NCBI GenBank assembly: GCA_030618975.1
Contig: JAUXCH010000001.1
Span: 1 to 40,374, forward strand
DNA: 40,374 bases
Source: Planctomycetia bacterium
GTDB taxonomy: Bacteria; Planctomycetota; PLA2; JAEUHO01
Direction: 5' to 3'
Made by a program: the position numbers and the translations under genes. Below, piece by piece: positions 8,695 through 16,792 of this stretch (within the stretch, counting starts at the first letter, position 1; every line of letters begins with the position of its first letter). The notes below the pieces were generated by a model that saw only the letters and a list, made by a program, of their open reading frames with translations, made no database searches and was not told the DNA's origin.

Positions 8695-9600
8695 ATGGCG
8701 AAGAAACCCCTCTTCCCCCGGCGCCAGGCACGCACACCCTCGGGGCAGGAGAGGACTTTGGGCTGGATCCTGGTCGTCCTGCTCGCTCTCGTCGTCGGGA
8801 TCTTCGCGTGGACGGGCACGCTGGCCGGTCCGCCCGGCCTGCCCGAGTCGGTCGCCGCCTCGACCGCCACGCTGCCCGTCGTCTCGCCTGCGGGCTGGCC
8901 TCGCGGCGCCATTGAGTCGTACGACGAGACGACGCTCTACGAGAAGATCAACGGCAAGGCCGACGCCTACGTCGTCTACCGTTTCGACGTCCTCGAGTTC
9001 GCGGGATACACGGACCCCACGCGTGACGACGTGTTCGTCGACGTCTACCTCTACGGCTTCGAGACGTCGCTCGACGCGTTCGGCGTGTATCGATCGCAAC
9101 GCCCCGGCGCCGAGCCTCCTCCGGCCGAGGGCGGCGAGCTCGACACGTCCGGCACCGCCCTCTTCGGCTGGAAGGGGCCGCGCTACCTCGAGGTGGTCGC
9201 GTCGGGACCCGAGGCGGCGGCGGAGGCCCGTGCGCTCGCCGACCGGATCCGCGGGGCCCTCGCGGACACGGACGCCGTCGCGGTTCCGGCCGGCCTGCTC
9301 CGAGCCGACACGACGCAGGTCGGATTCGAGCGGTCCGGCGCCCTCGGCGTGGACGGTCTCTCCGACGCGTACGTCGCGACCTACGCCGACGGCGCGAAGG
9401 CGGTCATCGCGGCGACTCCGTCGGCCGCAGCCGCCACGAAGATCGTCGAGAGGGCACGGGAGGCCTTCCTCTTCCTCGGCGCCCCGGCCGTGTTCGAGAC
9501 CTCGGGCCCCGGTGTGCTCGGCGTCGTCGACGCGCCGTCGCCCGCCCGGGCCCGGGAGCTGCTGGAGGCGCTCCGCGCTGACCTGGAGGACGGTCGATGA
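8695..9600 (+). CDS. membrane-anchored hypothetical protein (first gene of the DUF362 operon)
   Basis: ATG 8695 (GGAG upstream). Basic N-terminus plus one TM (LGWILVVLLALVVGIFAW), then a ~250-aa soluble domain (YDETTLYEKINGKADAYVVYRF..). ATGA overlap with the next gene. I cannot assign a family from memory with confidence. Confidence 0.7.
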   Translation: MAKKPLFPRRQARTPSGQERTLGWILVVLLALVVGIFAWTGTLAGPPGLPESVAASTATLPVVSPAGWPRGAIESYDETTLYEKINGKADAYVVYRFDVLEFAGYTDPTRDDVFVDVYLYGFETSLDAFGVYRSQRPGAEPPPAEGGELDTSGTALFGWKGPRYLEVVASGPEAAAEARALADRIRGALADTDAVAVPAGLLRADTTQVGFERSGALGVDGLSDAYVATYADGAKAVIAATPSAAAATKIVERAREAFLFLGAPAVFETSGPGVLGVVDAPSPARARELLEALRADLEDGR

Positions 9601-10568
9601 GCGCACCCACCCGGATCTCCAGGCGCGAGATGCTCGAGCGCACGGCCGCGGCGGGCCTCGTGTCCGCGTGGGTCGTCGGGGCGGCGGCGTGGTTCGGGAG
9701 CCGCCCGAACTGGCCCTACCCGGTGGAGAAGGTCGCGCTGCCCTCCTTCGCGGCCGGCGGCGAGGGGCCGGCGCTGGTCATCGCCAAGGGCGCGGACCCC
9801 GGCGCGCTCACGCGGGCCGCGCTCGAGGAGCTCGGCGGCATGTCGCGCTTCGTGACCGCGGGCGACGTCGTGCTCGTCAAGCCCAACGTGGCCTTCGACC
9901 GTCCCGCCTGGCAGGGCGCGACGGCCAACCCCGAGGTCGTAGGCGCAGTCGTCGCGGCGTGCATCGACGCCGGCGCCGCCGAGGTCCTCGTCACCGACAA
10001 CCCGATCCACGCGCCGGAGGGGTGCTTTCGCAAGAGCGGCATCGGTCGTGCCGCTGAGAACGCGGGCGGCGCCGTGCTCCTGCCCCGCAAGGACGCCTTC
10101 GCCCCGGTCCTCCTCGCCGACACCCTCCTCGACGGCTGGCCCGTGTACGTGGCGCCGCTGCTGAGGGCCACGAAGGTGATCGGCATCGCCCCGGTCAAGG
10201 ACCACAACCTCGCGCTCGCCTCGCTGACCCTGAAGAACTGGTACGGGATGCTCGGCGGGCCGCGGAACCGATTGCACCAGAAGATGGACGAGACGATCGC
10301 GACGCTGGCCTCGCTCATCCGGCCGACGCTCTCGGTGCTCGACGGCTCGCGCATCATGTTCCGCAACGGCCCGACCGGCGGGTCCGTCGATGACCTGATC
10401 CGCGGCGACGTGCTCGCCATCGGCACCGACCCGGTCGCGCTCGACGCCTACGGAGCGACCCTGCTCGGCCTCGGCGTCGAGGACCTCCCCTACCTGGGCA
10501 TGGCCCAGGAGGCCGGCGCGGGAACGCACGACTTCGAGTCCCTCCGGCCGCGGAGGATCACCGGATGA
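9597..10568 (+). CDS. Tat-signal DUF362-domain protein
   Basis: 323 aa. SRREMLERTAAAGLVSAWVVGAAA Tat-like leader. DUF362-like core (VVLVKPNVAFDRP..ATANPEVVGAVV..VTDNP..IGIAPVKDHNLA..TLKNWYG..LSVLDGSRIM..GPTGG..GTDPVALDA). Confidence 0.85.
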   Translation: MSAPTRISRREMLERTAAAGLVSAWVVGAAAWFGSRPNWPYPVEKVALPSFAAGGEGPALVIAKGADPGALTRAALEELGGMSRFVTAGDVVLVKPNVAFDRPAWQGATANPEVVGAVVAACIDAGAAEVLVTDNPIHAPEGCFRKSGIGRAAENAGGAVLLPRKDAFAPVLLADTLLDGWPVYVAPLLRATKVIGIAPVKDHNLALASLTLKNWYGMLGGPRNRLHQKMDETIATLASLIRPTLSVLDGSRIMFRNGPTGGSVDDLIRGDVLAIGTDPVALDAYGATLLGLGVEDLPYLGMAQEAGAGTHDFESLRPRRITG

Positions 10569-10578
10569 GGCTCATGGA

Positions 10579-12096
10579 ATGAGGATCGCCAACGTCCGGA
10601 TCCTGGTCCAGGTCGTCTTCGTCCTGCTCTTCGTGGCGTGCCTCTACCTCATGGCCGCGCCGCGGATCCAGGGCTACGTCGTCTCCGTCTTCCTCGAGGC
10701 CGATCCGCTCGTCAGCCTCACCACGATGCTCTCGACGGGGCACCTCTACCACGTCGGACCGTCCGGTCTCTGGCTGGGCATCGGGATCCTGGTGGGGACC
10801 GTCCTCCTGGGACGCGCCTTCTGCGGCTGGGTGTGCCCGTTCGGCACGCTGCACCACCTCATGCACTGGCTCGGCTTCCCCCGGCCGGCGAAGAACCGCC
10901 TCGCGGGCAACCGGTACCGGAAGGTCTACGCGCTCAAGTACTGGATCCTCGGGCTGATGGTCGGCATGGCCGTCCTGGGCACGCTCCAGATCGGCCTCCT
11001 CGACCCGATCGCATTGCTCACCCGGTCCGTGACCGACGTCGTCTTCCCCGTCGTCGACGTGGGCCTCAGGGCGGCCGGCCTGGAGGGCATCCACCCCTCG
11101 GCCACCCCCGCGTTCTCGGGCGCCGTCCTGATCGGCGTGCTGTTCGCTGCGCTGCTGGCCCTGAACCTGGTGATCCCGCGCTTCTTCTGCCGCGTCCTCT
11201 GTCCGCTCGGCGCGCTGCTCGGCCTCTTCTCGCGCTTCGCCCTCTTCCGCATCCACCGCGACCCCGACTCCTGCACCGGCTGCAACCTCTGTTCGAAGGG
11301 TTGCGAGGGCGCCGCCGAACCCGAGGCCACCGTGCGCCTCAGCGAGTGCATGGTGTGCATGAACTGCGTCGAGGACTGCCCGCACGGCTCCATCACCTAC
11401 CGCTTCCTCCCGCCGCGCGAACGCGCGATCGCGGGCACGACGGTCGGCGGACGCCGGGCCATGGTGGCCGGTGTCTCGGGCCTCGCGCTCGCGGTGCTGC
11501 TCCGCCGCTCCGGCGGCAACCTGCAGGAGAGCAAGGAGCGCGGCTTCATCCGACCGCCCGGCTCCGTTCCCGAGGAGGACTTCCTCGCGCGCTGCATCAA
11601 GTGCGACGCGTGCTTGAACGTCTGCCCCACGAACGTCCTCCAGCCGGCGGGCCTGGAGGCGGGATTCGAGGGCCTGTGGACGCCCGTCCTCGACATGAAG
11701 AACGGGTACTGCGACGTCACGTGCACGCTCTGCGGCCGCGTATGTCCCACCGGCGCCATCCAGCGCCTCACCCCGGCGCAGCGCCAGGGCCTCGAACCGC
11801 GGCCCGACGGCGAGAGCGGCCCGATCATGATCGGGACCGCGAACCACGACCGCGGACGCTGCCTGCCCTGGGGCATGGACATCCAGTGCGTCGTCTGCGA
11901 GGAGGTCTGCCCCGTCAGCCCGAAGGCGATCTACTCGCGCACGGTGGAGGTCGTGACCCGCGACGGGCAGACGAAGCGCCTGAAGCAGCCCTACGTCGAC
12001 GCCACCAAGTGCGTCGGCTGCGGCATCTGCGAGCACGAGTGCCCGCTGCGCGGCCCGGCGGCCGTCCGCGTCGGCTCGCTCATCCCGACGATCTAG
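10579..12096 (+). CDS. NapH/MauN-like integral-membrane polyferredoxin (multiple 4Fe-4S motifs)
   Basis: 505 aa. N-terminal TM helices with the CGWVCPFG (CxxCP) motif. Later cluster motifs: CTGCNLCSKGC, CMVCMNCVEDCP, CIKCDACLNVCP, CTLCGRVCP, CVVCEEVCP, CVGCGICEHECP. Confidence 0.85.
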   Translation: MRIANVRILVQVVFVLLFVACLYLMAAPRIQGYVVSVFLEADPLVSLTTMLSTGHLYHVGPSGLWLGIGILVGTVLLGRAFCGWVCPFGTLHHLMHWLGFPRPAKNRLAGNRYRKVYALKYWILGLMVGMAVLGTLQIGLLDPIALLTRSVTDVVFPVVDVGLRAAGLEGIHPSATPAFSGAVLIGVLFAALLALNLVIPRFFCRVLCPLGALLGLFSRFALFRIHRDPDSCTGCNLCSKGCEGAAEPEATVRLSECMVCMNCVEDCPHGSITYRFLPPRERAIAGTTVGGRRAMVAGVSGLALAVLLRRSGGNLQESKERGFIRPPGSVPEEDFLARCIKCDACLNVCPTNVLQPAGLEAGFEGLWTPVLDMKNGYCDVTCTLCGRVCPTGAIQRLTPAQRQGLEPRPDGESGPIMIGTANHDRGRCLPWGMDIQCVVCEEVCPVSPKAIYSRTVEVVTRDGQTKRLKQPYVDATKCVGCGICEHECPLRGPAAVRVGSLIPTI

Positions 12097-12099
12097 CCG

Positions 12100-12528
12100 C
12101 TACGGGCCCGCCGCGACGTCGAACCCCTCTCGCCGCGCAGCGTCGGCCAGTTGCCGATCGAGGCAGACGAAGCCCTGTCCCCGCGGGTGGTCGTCGCAGG
12201 CGATGAGGGCGGCGGCCAGCTGCAGCGCGTCCCCCGTCGACAGCGAGTGGACGTAGAGCAGACGGCGAGCGCGGGCACGGACGTCCTCGACGGGCTGGAT
12301 CTCGTCCCAGTGGCGTGCAAGCACGTCCAGCCGCTCGAGGGCCACCGTCGCGTGGGACGCGTCGATGACGCCTTCGCGCTCCCGCCGGCGCACGGCCAGG
12401 ACACACTCGAGCGTCGTTCCCCACCACACCAGGAGGTGCGGGTCCTCCTCGTAGGCCGCCCCGACCGAGGTCGATGCCGCCTCGCGCAGCACGAGGGGCA
12501 CGACGGCGGAGGCGTCCCAGAACCTCAC
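12100..12528 (-). CDS. vapC: PIN-domain toxin (VapC-type)
   Basis: 142 aa. Conserved acidic PIN positions (FWDASAVV, TLECV, TGDALQLAAAL, VCLDRQL). 4-nt overlap with the upstream antitoxin gene. Confidence 0.85.
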   Translation of the reverse strand: MRFWDASAVVPLVLREAASTSVGAAYEEDPHLLVWWGTTLECVLAVRRREREGVIDASHATVALERLDVLARHWDEIQPVEDVRARARRLLYVHSLSTGDALQLAAALIACDDHPRGQGFVCLDRQLADAARREGFDVAAGP

Positions 12529-12827
12529 ACCCGCTCCCCGTCGCGCTCGTCGAGGAGCGCGCGGAGCAGGCTCGGATCACGCTTCGGCCGCGGAGGAGGG
12601 AGCGGCAGGACGGCGGCCCGCGACGCCTCGCGACCGCGCCGCACCACGCCGGACCGGACGAGGTGGTCGAGCGAGGCGGTCTCCGGGGTTTCGGCGAAGT
12701 CCCGCACGGGTTCGAGCCGCGCCACCGGTCGGCCCCGATGGGTGATGAGTATCGTCTCGCCCTGCCGGACGACGGCGATCAGCCGGCTCAGGTGGGCCTT
12801 GGCCTCGGTGACCGTACGGATCTTCAT
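12525..12827 (-). CDS. Phd/YefM-type antitoxin
   Basis: MKIRTVTEAKAHLSRLIAVVRQGETILITHRGRPVARLEP is a typical Phd/YefM N-terminal fold. ATG 12827-12825 preferred (in-frame GTG at 12833). Overlaps the PIN gene start. Confidence 0.8.
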   Translation of the reverse strand: MKIRTVTEAKAHLSRLIAVVRQGETILITHRGRPVARLEPVRDFAETPETASLDHLVRSGVVRRGREASRAAVLPLPPPRPKRDPSLLRALLDERDGERV

Positions 12828-13161
12828 TCGCACAGTCTAGTCCGACACAATAGACCATAGTAGTCCATACTGGAGATCTCCTCTTCGCGTCCGACGATCT
12901 CACGGAGGGGCCATCCACTGCCCCCCCCGATCCCCTGGACCTGGATTCGTACCCGACTTGCGGAGCGGGGAGCCCGCAGGTCGGCGACCGGGTCCGACGA
13001 ACGACGGAGCGACCGCGCCGGAGTCGTGGCCCCCGCGGCGCTGTCGAAGCGGACGGAGCTACGGAATCCCGCCGTCGACGTAGGGGGCAGCGGTTGCGGG
13101 ACCTCCAGGGCATGGGCCCGTGGAAGCGCAACCCAGCGACCGATCCGCCGTGGTGATTTCG

Positions 13162-13186
13162 ATCCAGAACACTGTAAGATCTGGAT
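13162..13186. promoter_or_regulatory. candidate operator: inverted repeat ATCCAGA-N11-TCTGGAT abutting the antitoxin start codon
   Basis: ATCCAGA 13162-13168 and TCTGGAT 13180-13186, directly before ATG 13187, in locally AT-richer DNA. Type II TA operons are typically autoregulated at such palindromes. Confidence 0.3.
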
Positions 13187-13459
13187 ATGTCGGAAATACA
13201 TGTTTCCAGCACTGAACTCGTTCGATCCATCGGGGACATCCTCGGCCGACTGCGCTATCGCGGCGACTCGTTCATCGTGGAGAAGAACGGCAAGCCCATC
13301 GCAATCCTCTCACCCTACGCCGGCCCCGCACACAGGACCCTGAAGGACGTTCTCGGCGCCTGGTTGGATGCCGGCGAGCGCGACGAGGATTTCGCCGACC
13401 TCCTCGACGAGATCGGTCTCAGTGATGCGCCCCTGGGGGATCCATGGGGATTGCAGTAG
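13187..13459 (+). CDS. Phd/YefM-like antitoxin
   Basis: 90 aa (VSSTELVRSIGDILGRLRYRGDSFIVEKNGKPIAILSP) with an acidic C-terminal tail. Overlaps the downstream PIN gene by 16 nt. Confidence 0.75.
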   Translation: MSEIHVSSTELVRSIGDILGRLRYRGDSFIVEKNGKPIAILSPYAGPAHRTLKDVLGAWLDAGERDEDFADLLDEIGLSDAPLGDPWGLQ

Positions 13460-13857
13460 ACACAAGCGCCCTGGTGGCAGTCGAACGGCGCGGGGTCTCG
13501 CTCCTCGCCACGCTTTCCGTAGAGACGGACGACGTGTGGATCCCGGCTCTGGTGCTGGCCGAGTTGTGGATCGGAGTCGAACTTGCCGACTCGGCTTCCC
13601 GGCGGGTCGCCCGGATTCGCAAGATTCACGCGCTTCTCGATGGGGCCGTCGTGCTGTCGTTCGACGAACGGGTCGCTCCGACGTACGCGAGGCTCTACGC
13701 TGCTCTGCGGAGGGCGGGCACTCCCATTCCGTCGAATGATCTGGCCATCGGGTCGCTTGCGGTTCACTTCGGTCACGAGCTTCTCGTCGGGCCGCAGGAC
13801 GAAGTTCACTTCCGGAGGATTCCGGGCCTCGAGGTTCGCGTGCTCCCGGAGAGGTAG
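13444..13857 (+). CDS. vapC: PIN-domain toxin (VapC-type)
   Basis: 137 aa. IAVDTSALVAVE, LAELWIG and PSNDLAIGSLA acidic PIN positions. Confidence 0.85.
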   Translation: MGIAVDTSALVAVERRGVSLLATLSVETDDVWIPALVLAELWIGVELADSASRRVARIRKIHALLDGAVVLSFDERVAPTYARLYAALRRAGTPIPSNDLAIGSLAVHFGHELLVGPQDEVHFRRIPGLEVRVLPER

Positions 13858-13899
13858 TCCTCGGGAGTCGGCACGCATTCTGCCCCCGGCCCCCGGACT

Positions 13900-14560
13900 C
13901 GGGCCCTGCCTGCGCACGTGCCCCTTGCACGGACGACCACAGAGCCTCCCAGGCCTTCCTCTCCAGGACCGGGAGCTTCGCGAGCTCGGCGTCGCTTGGC
14001 ACGCCCACCATGTCCGGCTCGTTCACCCAGCCCTTCGGCATCTGTGCGAGCCGCGGCGCGGATTATGTCTCGAGCTTCCACGCGAGGTCTGCCCGCAGCC
14101 CGTCGAGCGCCTGCCGGCGCCACGCGGCGCGATCGACGGTGTCAAGGTCTGCAACGTCCTCGGCGCGTCCCGTGCCAACGAGCGCCGCGCAGCACGTTCC
14201 CCCGGTTGTGGTGGGCTCCGAAGTCCTTCGGATCGAGCCGTACGGCGTCCAGGCGGGCCAGAATCGCATCCTCGTACCTCGTACCTCCCAGCGCGTTGAG
14301 CGAGACGCCGCACGCTGTGCGTGTTCGCGTGCGCGGGCTCCAGCTGGATCGCACGCCAGGACCCGCGACGACGGCCTCCTCGAACCGCTCGAGGGCGTAC
14401 AGCGTCCTCGCCAGGTACCGGTGCGCGACCGCCTGCTTCGCGTCGCATCGGGTGGATTCGCGAAACGACTCGACGGCTTCGGCCAGGTGCCCAGCCTTCG
14501 CGAGGTCCGGCGAGGTTGAAGCGGCCCGTGCGGGTCTTCCTACGCACAGTCCAGCTTGAC
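13900..14560 (-). pseudogene. frameshifted 3' remnant of a TPR-repeat protein gene
   Basis: TPR-like peptides are spread over three minus-strand frames. They include AKAGHLAEAVESFRES..AVAHRYLARTLYALERFEEAV; AIQLEPAHANTH; LNALGGTRYEDAILARLDAVRLDPKDFGAHHNRGNVL; CCAALVGTGRAEDVADLDTVDRAAWRRQALDGLRADLAW; and DMVGVPSDAELAKLPVLERKAWEALW. No single frame is open across them. Boundaries are approximate. Confidence 0.55.
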
Positions 14561-14964
14561 CTGACAGACCAGACTCGTCTGTTTGTTCCCCCGCCTCCGG
14601 ACGACGCGATCGCGGTGGGGGCCACGTGCCTCTCCTCGGTGCCCAAAGCAGCCGCCAGCCGGATGCTGGATACCAGGGTTCCATGAGAACGCAGGATCCG
14701 AGCAAAAACGGCGACCGGTCGCCGCCCGGCAAAAGGCTTGAAATCGGGGGGGAAGGTGCTCGATACGGGTTCGCCGGGGGTTCGCCGCTGGTTACTTCGT
14801 TTCGATTCCAGCTCCGTTCGGATGGAGACCCCCGGTCAATCGACCTGCGCGAGGTGGCGATCGAGACCCGCGACGGGCAGGCGGGGCGCCCGAACCAGCC
14901 CTGCGTCGACGCCGCGAAGTGGCCTCGGCTTGATCGTCATGGGGATCCAGCGGAGGATCCGGTC

Positions 14965-15996
14965 ATGGCGCGATTCCCGGTCCTGGTGTTCGGTCTGCTC
15001 CTCCTGCCGTGCGCTCCGGCCGCGGCCGAACCGGCGCCCCTCCCCGCGCCGATCGTCGACGCGCAAGACCTCTCCGTCCACGTCGTCGAGACGACCTGCA
15101 ACTCGTACCTCATCACCTGCAAGCGGACCGGGAACTACGTCCTCGTGGATCCCGGTCCCGGCCTGGACGCCGCGCTGGCCGCGCAGAAGGCGAGGGGGCG
15201 CGTCCTCCAGGCCATCTGGATCACGCACGAGCACTCGGACCACCTGAGCGGGCTCGGCGCCCTCGTTCCGCGCCTCGGCGTCCCCGTCTTCGCGCACGGC
15301 CTCGCGCGCGACGCCATCGCGAAGAGGCTCGACCGGTGGAAGGCACGCCGACGAACCCGGCCCGCCCCCCCACCGCCGGCGCTCCCGGTCCGCGCAGTCG
15401 CAGACGGCTCCGTCCTCCAAGTGGGCAAGACGCGTTGGAAGGTGCTCCATCTCCCCGGCCACGCGCCCGGCTCCGTCGGCTTCCTCCTGGAGGGCCGCGT
15501 CCTCGTCGCGGGCGACGTCCTCTTCAAGGGCTCCGTCGGACGGACGGACTTCGCGAGCGGGGATCCCAAAGCCTTCGCGACGGCGCTCGGCACGAAGCTC
15601 TGGCCCCTGCCGGACGCCGTCGTCGTGCTCCCCGGGCACGGCCCACACACCACGATCGGCGCCGAGAAGAGGACGAACCGGCTCTTCCAGGACTTCGCGA
15701 GGAGGGGCCGCGGCGAGGCCACGATCGCGCGTCCGTGGATGGGCGTCCGGCTCGATCCCACCACCACGGGGCGGGGCCTCCGGCTCCTCGAGGTCGTGGC
15801 GAACTCGCCCGCGGCCGCCGCCGGACTCGCGGCGGGCGACGTGATCACGACCTTCGACGGCGTGCGCATGCAGACGCCCCAGGATCTCCTCGGCGTCCTC
15901 CAGAAGCACGCGGTCTCGGACACGGTCGCGCTGACCTTCGCGCGAGGCACGACGACGAAGAAGACCACCCTCACCTTCCGCGCCAGGACTCCCTAG
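14965..15996 (+). CDS. secreted MBL-fold metallo-hydrolase with C-terminal PDZ domain
   Basis: ATG 14965 gives MARFPVLVFGLLLLPCAPAAAEP (signal). Has HEHSDH (HxHxDH), LPGHAPGS and LPGHGP blocks. C-terminal PDZ-like GVRLD..GLRLLEVVANSPAAAAGLAAGDVITTFDG. The upstream part of the track ORF is rejected. Confidence 0.85.
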   Translation: MARFPVLVFGLLLLPCAPAAAEPAPLPAPIVDAQDLSVHVVETTCNSYLITCKRTGNYVLVDPGPGLDAALAAQKARGRVLQAIWITHEHSDHLSGLGALVPRLGVPVFAHGLARDAIAKRLDRWKARRRTRPAPPPPALPVRAVADGSVLQVGKTRWKVLHLPGHAPGSVGFLLEGRVLVAGDVLFKGSVGRTDFASGDPKAFATALGTKLWPLPDAVVVLPGHGPHTTIGAEKRTNRLFQDFARRGRGEATIARPWMGVRLDPTTTGRGLRLLEVVANSPAAAAGLAAGDVITTFDGVRMQTPQDLLGVLQKHAVSDTVALTFARGTTTKKTTLTFRARTP

Positions 15997-16072
15997 CAGG
16001 AGCGCGACCTGGGACACAGGGAGAGGGACCGTGCCGCTCCCGCCCACGGGACGCCTCTGCTGTCGTGAGCCC

Positions 16073-16267
16073 ATGGCGAGGATCGGGCGGTACGTGATCC
16101 GTGCAGTCGCGCACATCTGCGTCTGGGCGTACTACAGGCTGTTCGAGGTGCGGAATGCGGTGCGCATTCCGAAGCGCGGCCCGATCCTGATCGTCGCCAA
16201 CCACCCCAACGCGCTCGTGGATGCCGGCGTGGTCCTCTGTGCCGTCCCGCGTCCCGTCGCCTTCGTC
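16073..16267 (+). pseudogene. 5' fragment (about 65 codons) of a PlsC/LPLAT-family acyltransferase gene
   Basis: MARIGRYVIRAVAHICVWAYYRLFEVRNAVRIPKRGPILIVANHPNALVDAGVVLCAVPRPVAF carries block I (NHx4D). Family-like sequence ends at ~16267. The ORF then runs on to 16591 through unrelated, out-of-frame duplicated DNA. Confidence 0.7.
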
Positions 16268-16375
16268 GATCGTCGCCTCGGGACTGTTCGCGAGGATCTA
16301 CGCGGAGCGCGTGCGGTTCTGGTAGGTACGGCTCGCGGGTCTCGGACCGATCCGGAAGCCGCGCAGACGCTGGCG
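16268..16375 (+). repeat. decayed duplicate of 20455-20565 (internal segment of the downstream acyltransferase/YiiX ORF)
   Basis: 16268-16342 versus 20455-20529: 75 nt with 2 mismatches (16320 t/c, 16324 a/g; the second turns TGG into TAG in the homologous frame). 16343-16361 versus 20530-20548: 14 of 19 identical. Further on there is only patchy similarity with indels. Confidence 0.85.
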
Positions 16376-16447
16376 CGTGACGTCGATCCCGAAGAACGAG
16401 GCGCCGAACGTGGTGCGACCCTCGAACGAGTCGTGCATCCAGGAGAA

Positions 16448-16508
16448 GCGCCCGAAAGCGTGTTGCTTTCGGGCGCTCCCACCCACCCCGCCCGAAGTCC
16501 CGGGCGGG
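16448..16508 (-). terminator. two tandem GC-rich hairpins downstream of the lipoprotein gene
   Basis: Perfect 12-bp stem GCGCCCGAAAGC (16448-16459) / GCTTTCGGGCGC (16465-16476) with a 5-nt loop. Second 8-bp stem CCCGCCCG (16487-16494) / CGGGCGGG (16501-16508). Confidence 0.55.
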
Positions 16509-16792
16509 TCATTTCACGTCACCGGCTCAGACCCAGCGACGGCCGCTGCCCCGGTGGGAGCGGACTCGGACGACGACGATCCGGGCGATGAAGAGCCCGT
16601 CGACGGGTGTGCTCCGGGGCCGCCCCCGACGTCGCAGCCGCCCTTCGCGCCCCTTTCACCGTTGCAGACGTAGACCGGAATTTCGCCGGGGGTGTCGACG
16701 CGGATGTCGCCGGCCGGGCAGTTCGCGCCCGGAGGCTCGTCCGTGATGGCGGGCCCACGCCCGAGTCCGGGGTGCCGCCGACGGTTCCCGCG

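Noticed and set aside
16031-16591. 186-aa ORF taken at face value as an intact gene.
   Set aside because: Only residues from ATG 16073 to ~16267 look like a real protein (acyltransferase block I). The remainder reads through an out-of-frame duplicated segment and low-complexity sequence. Called as a gene fragment instead.
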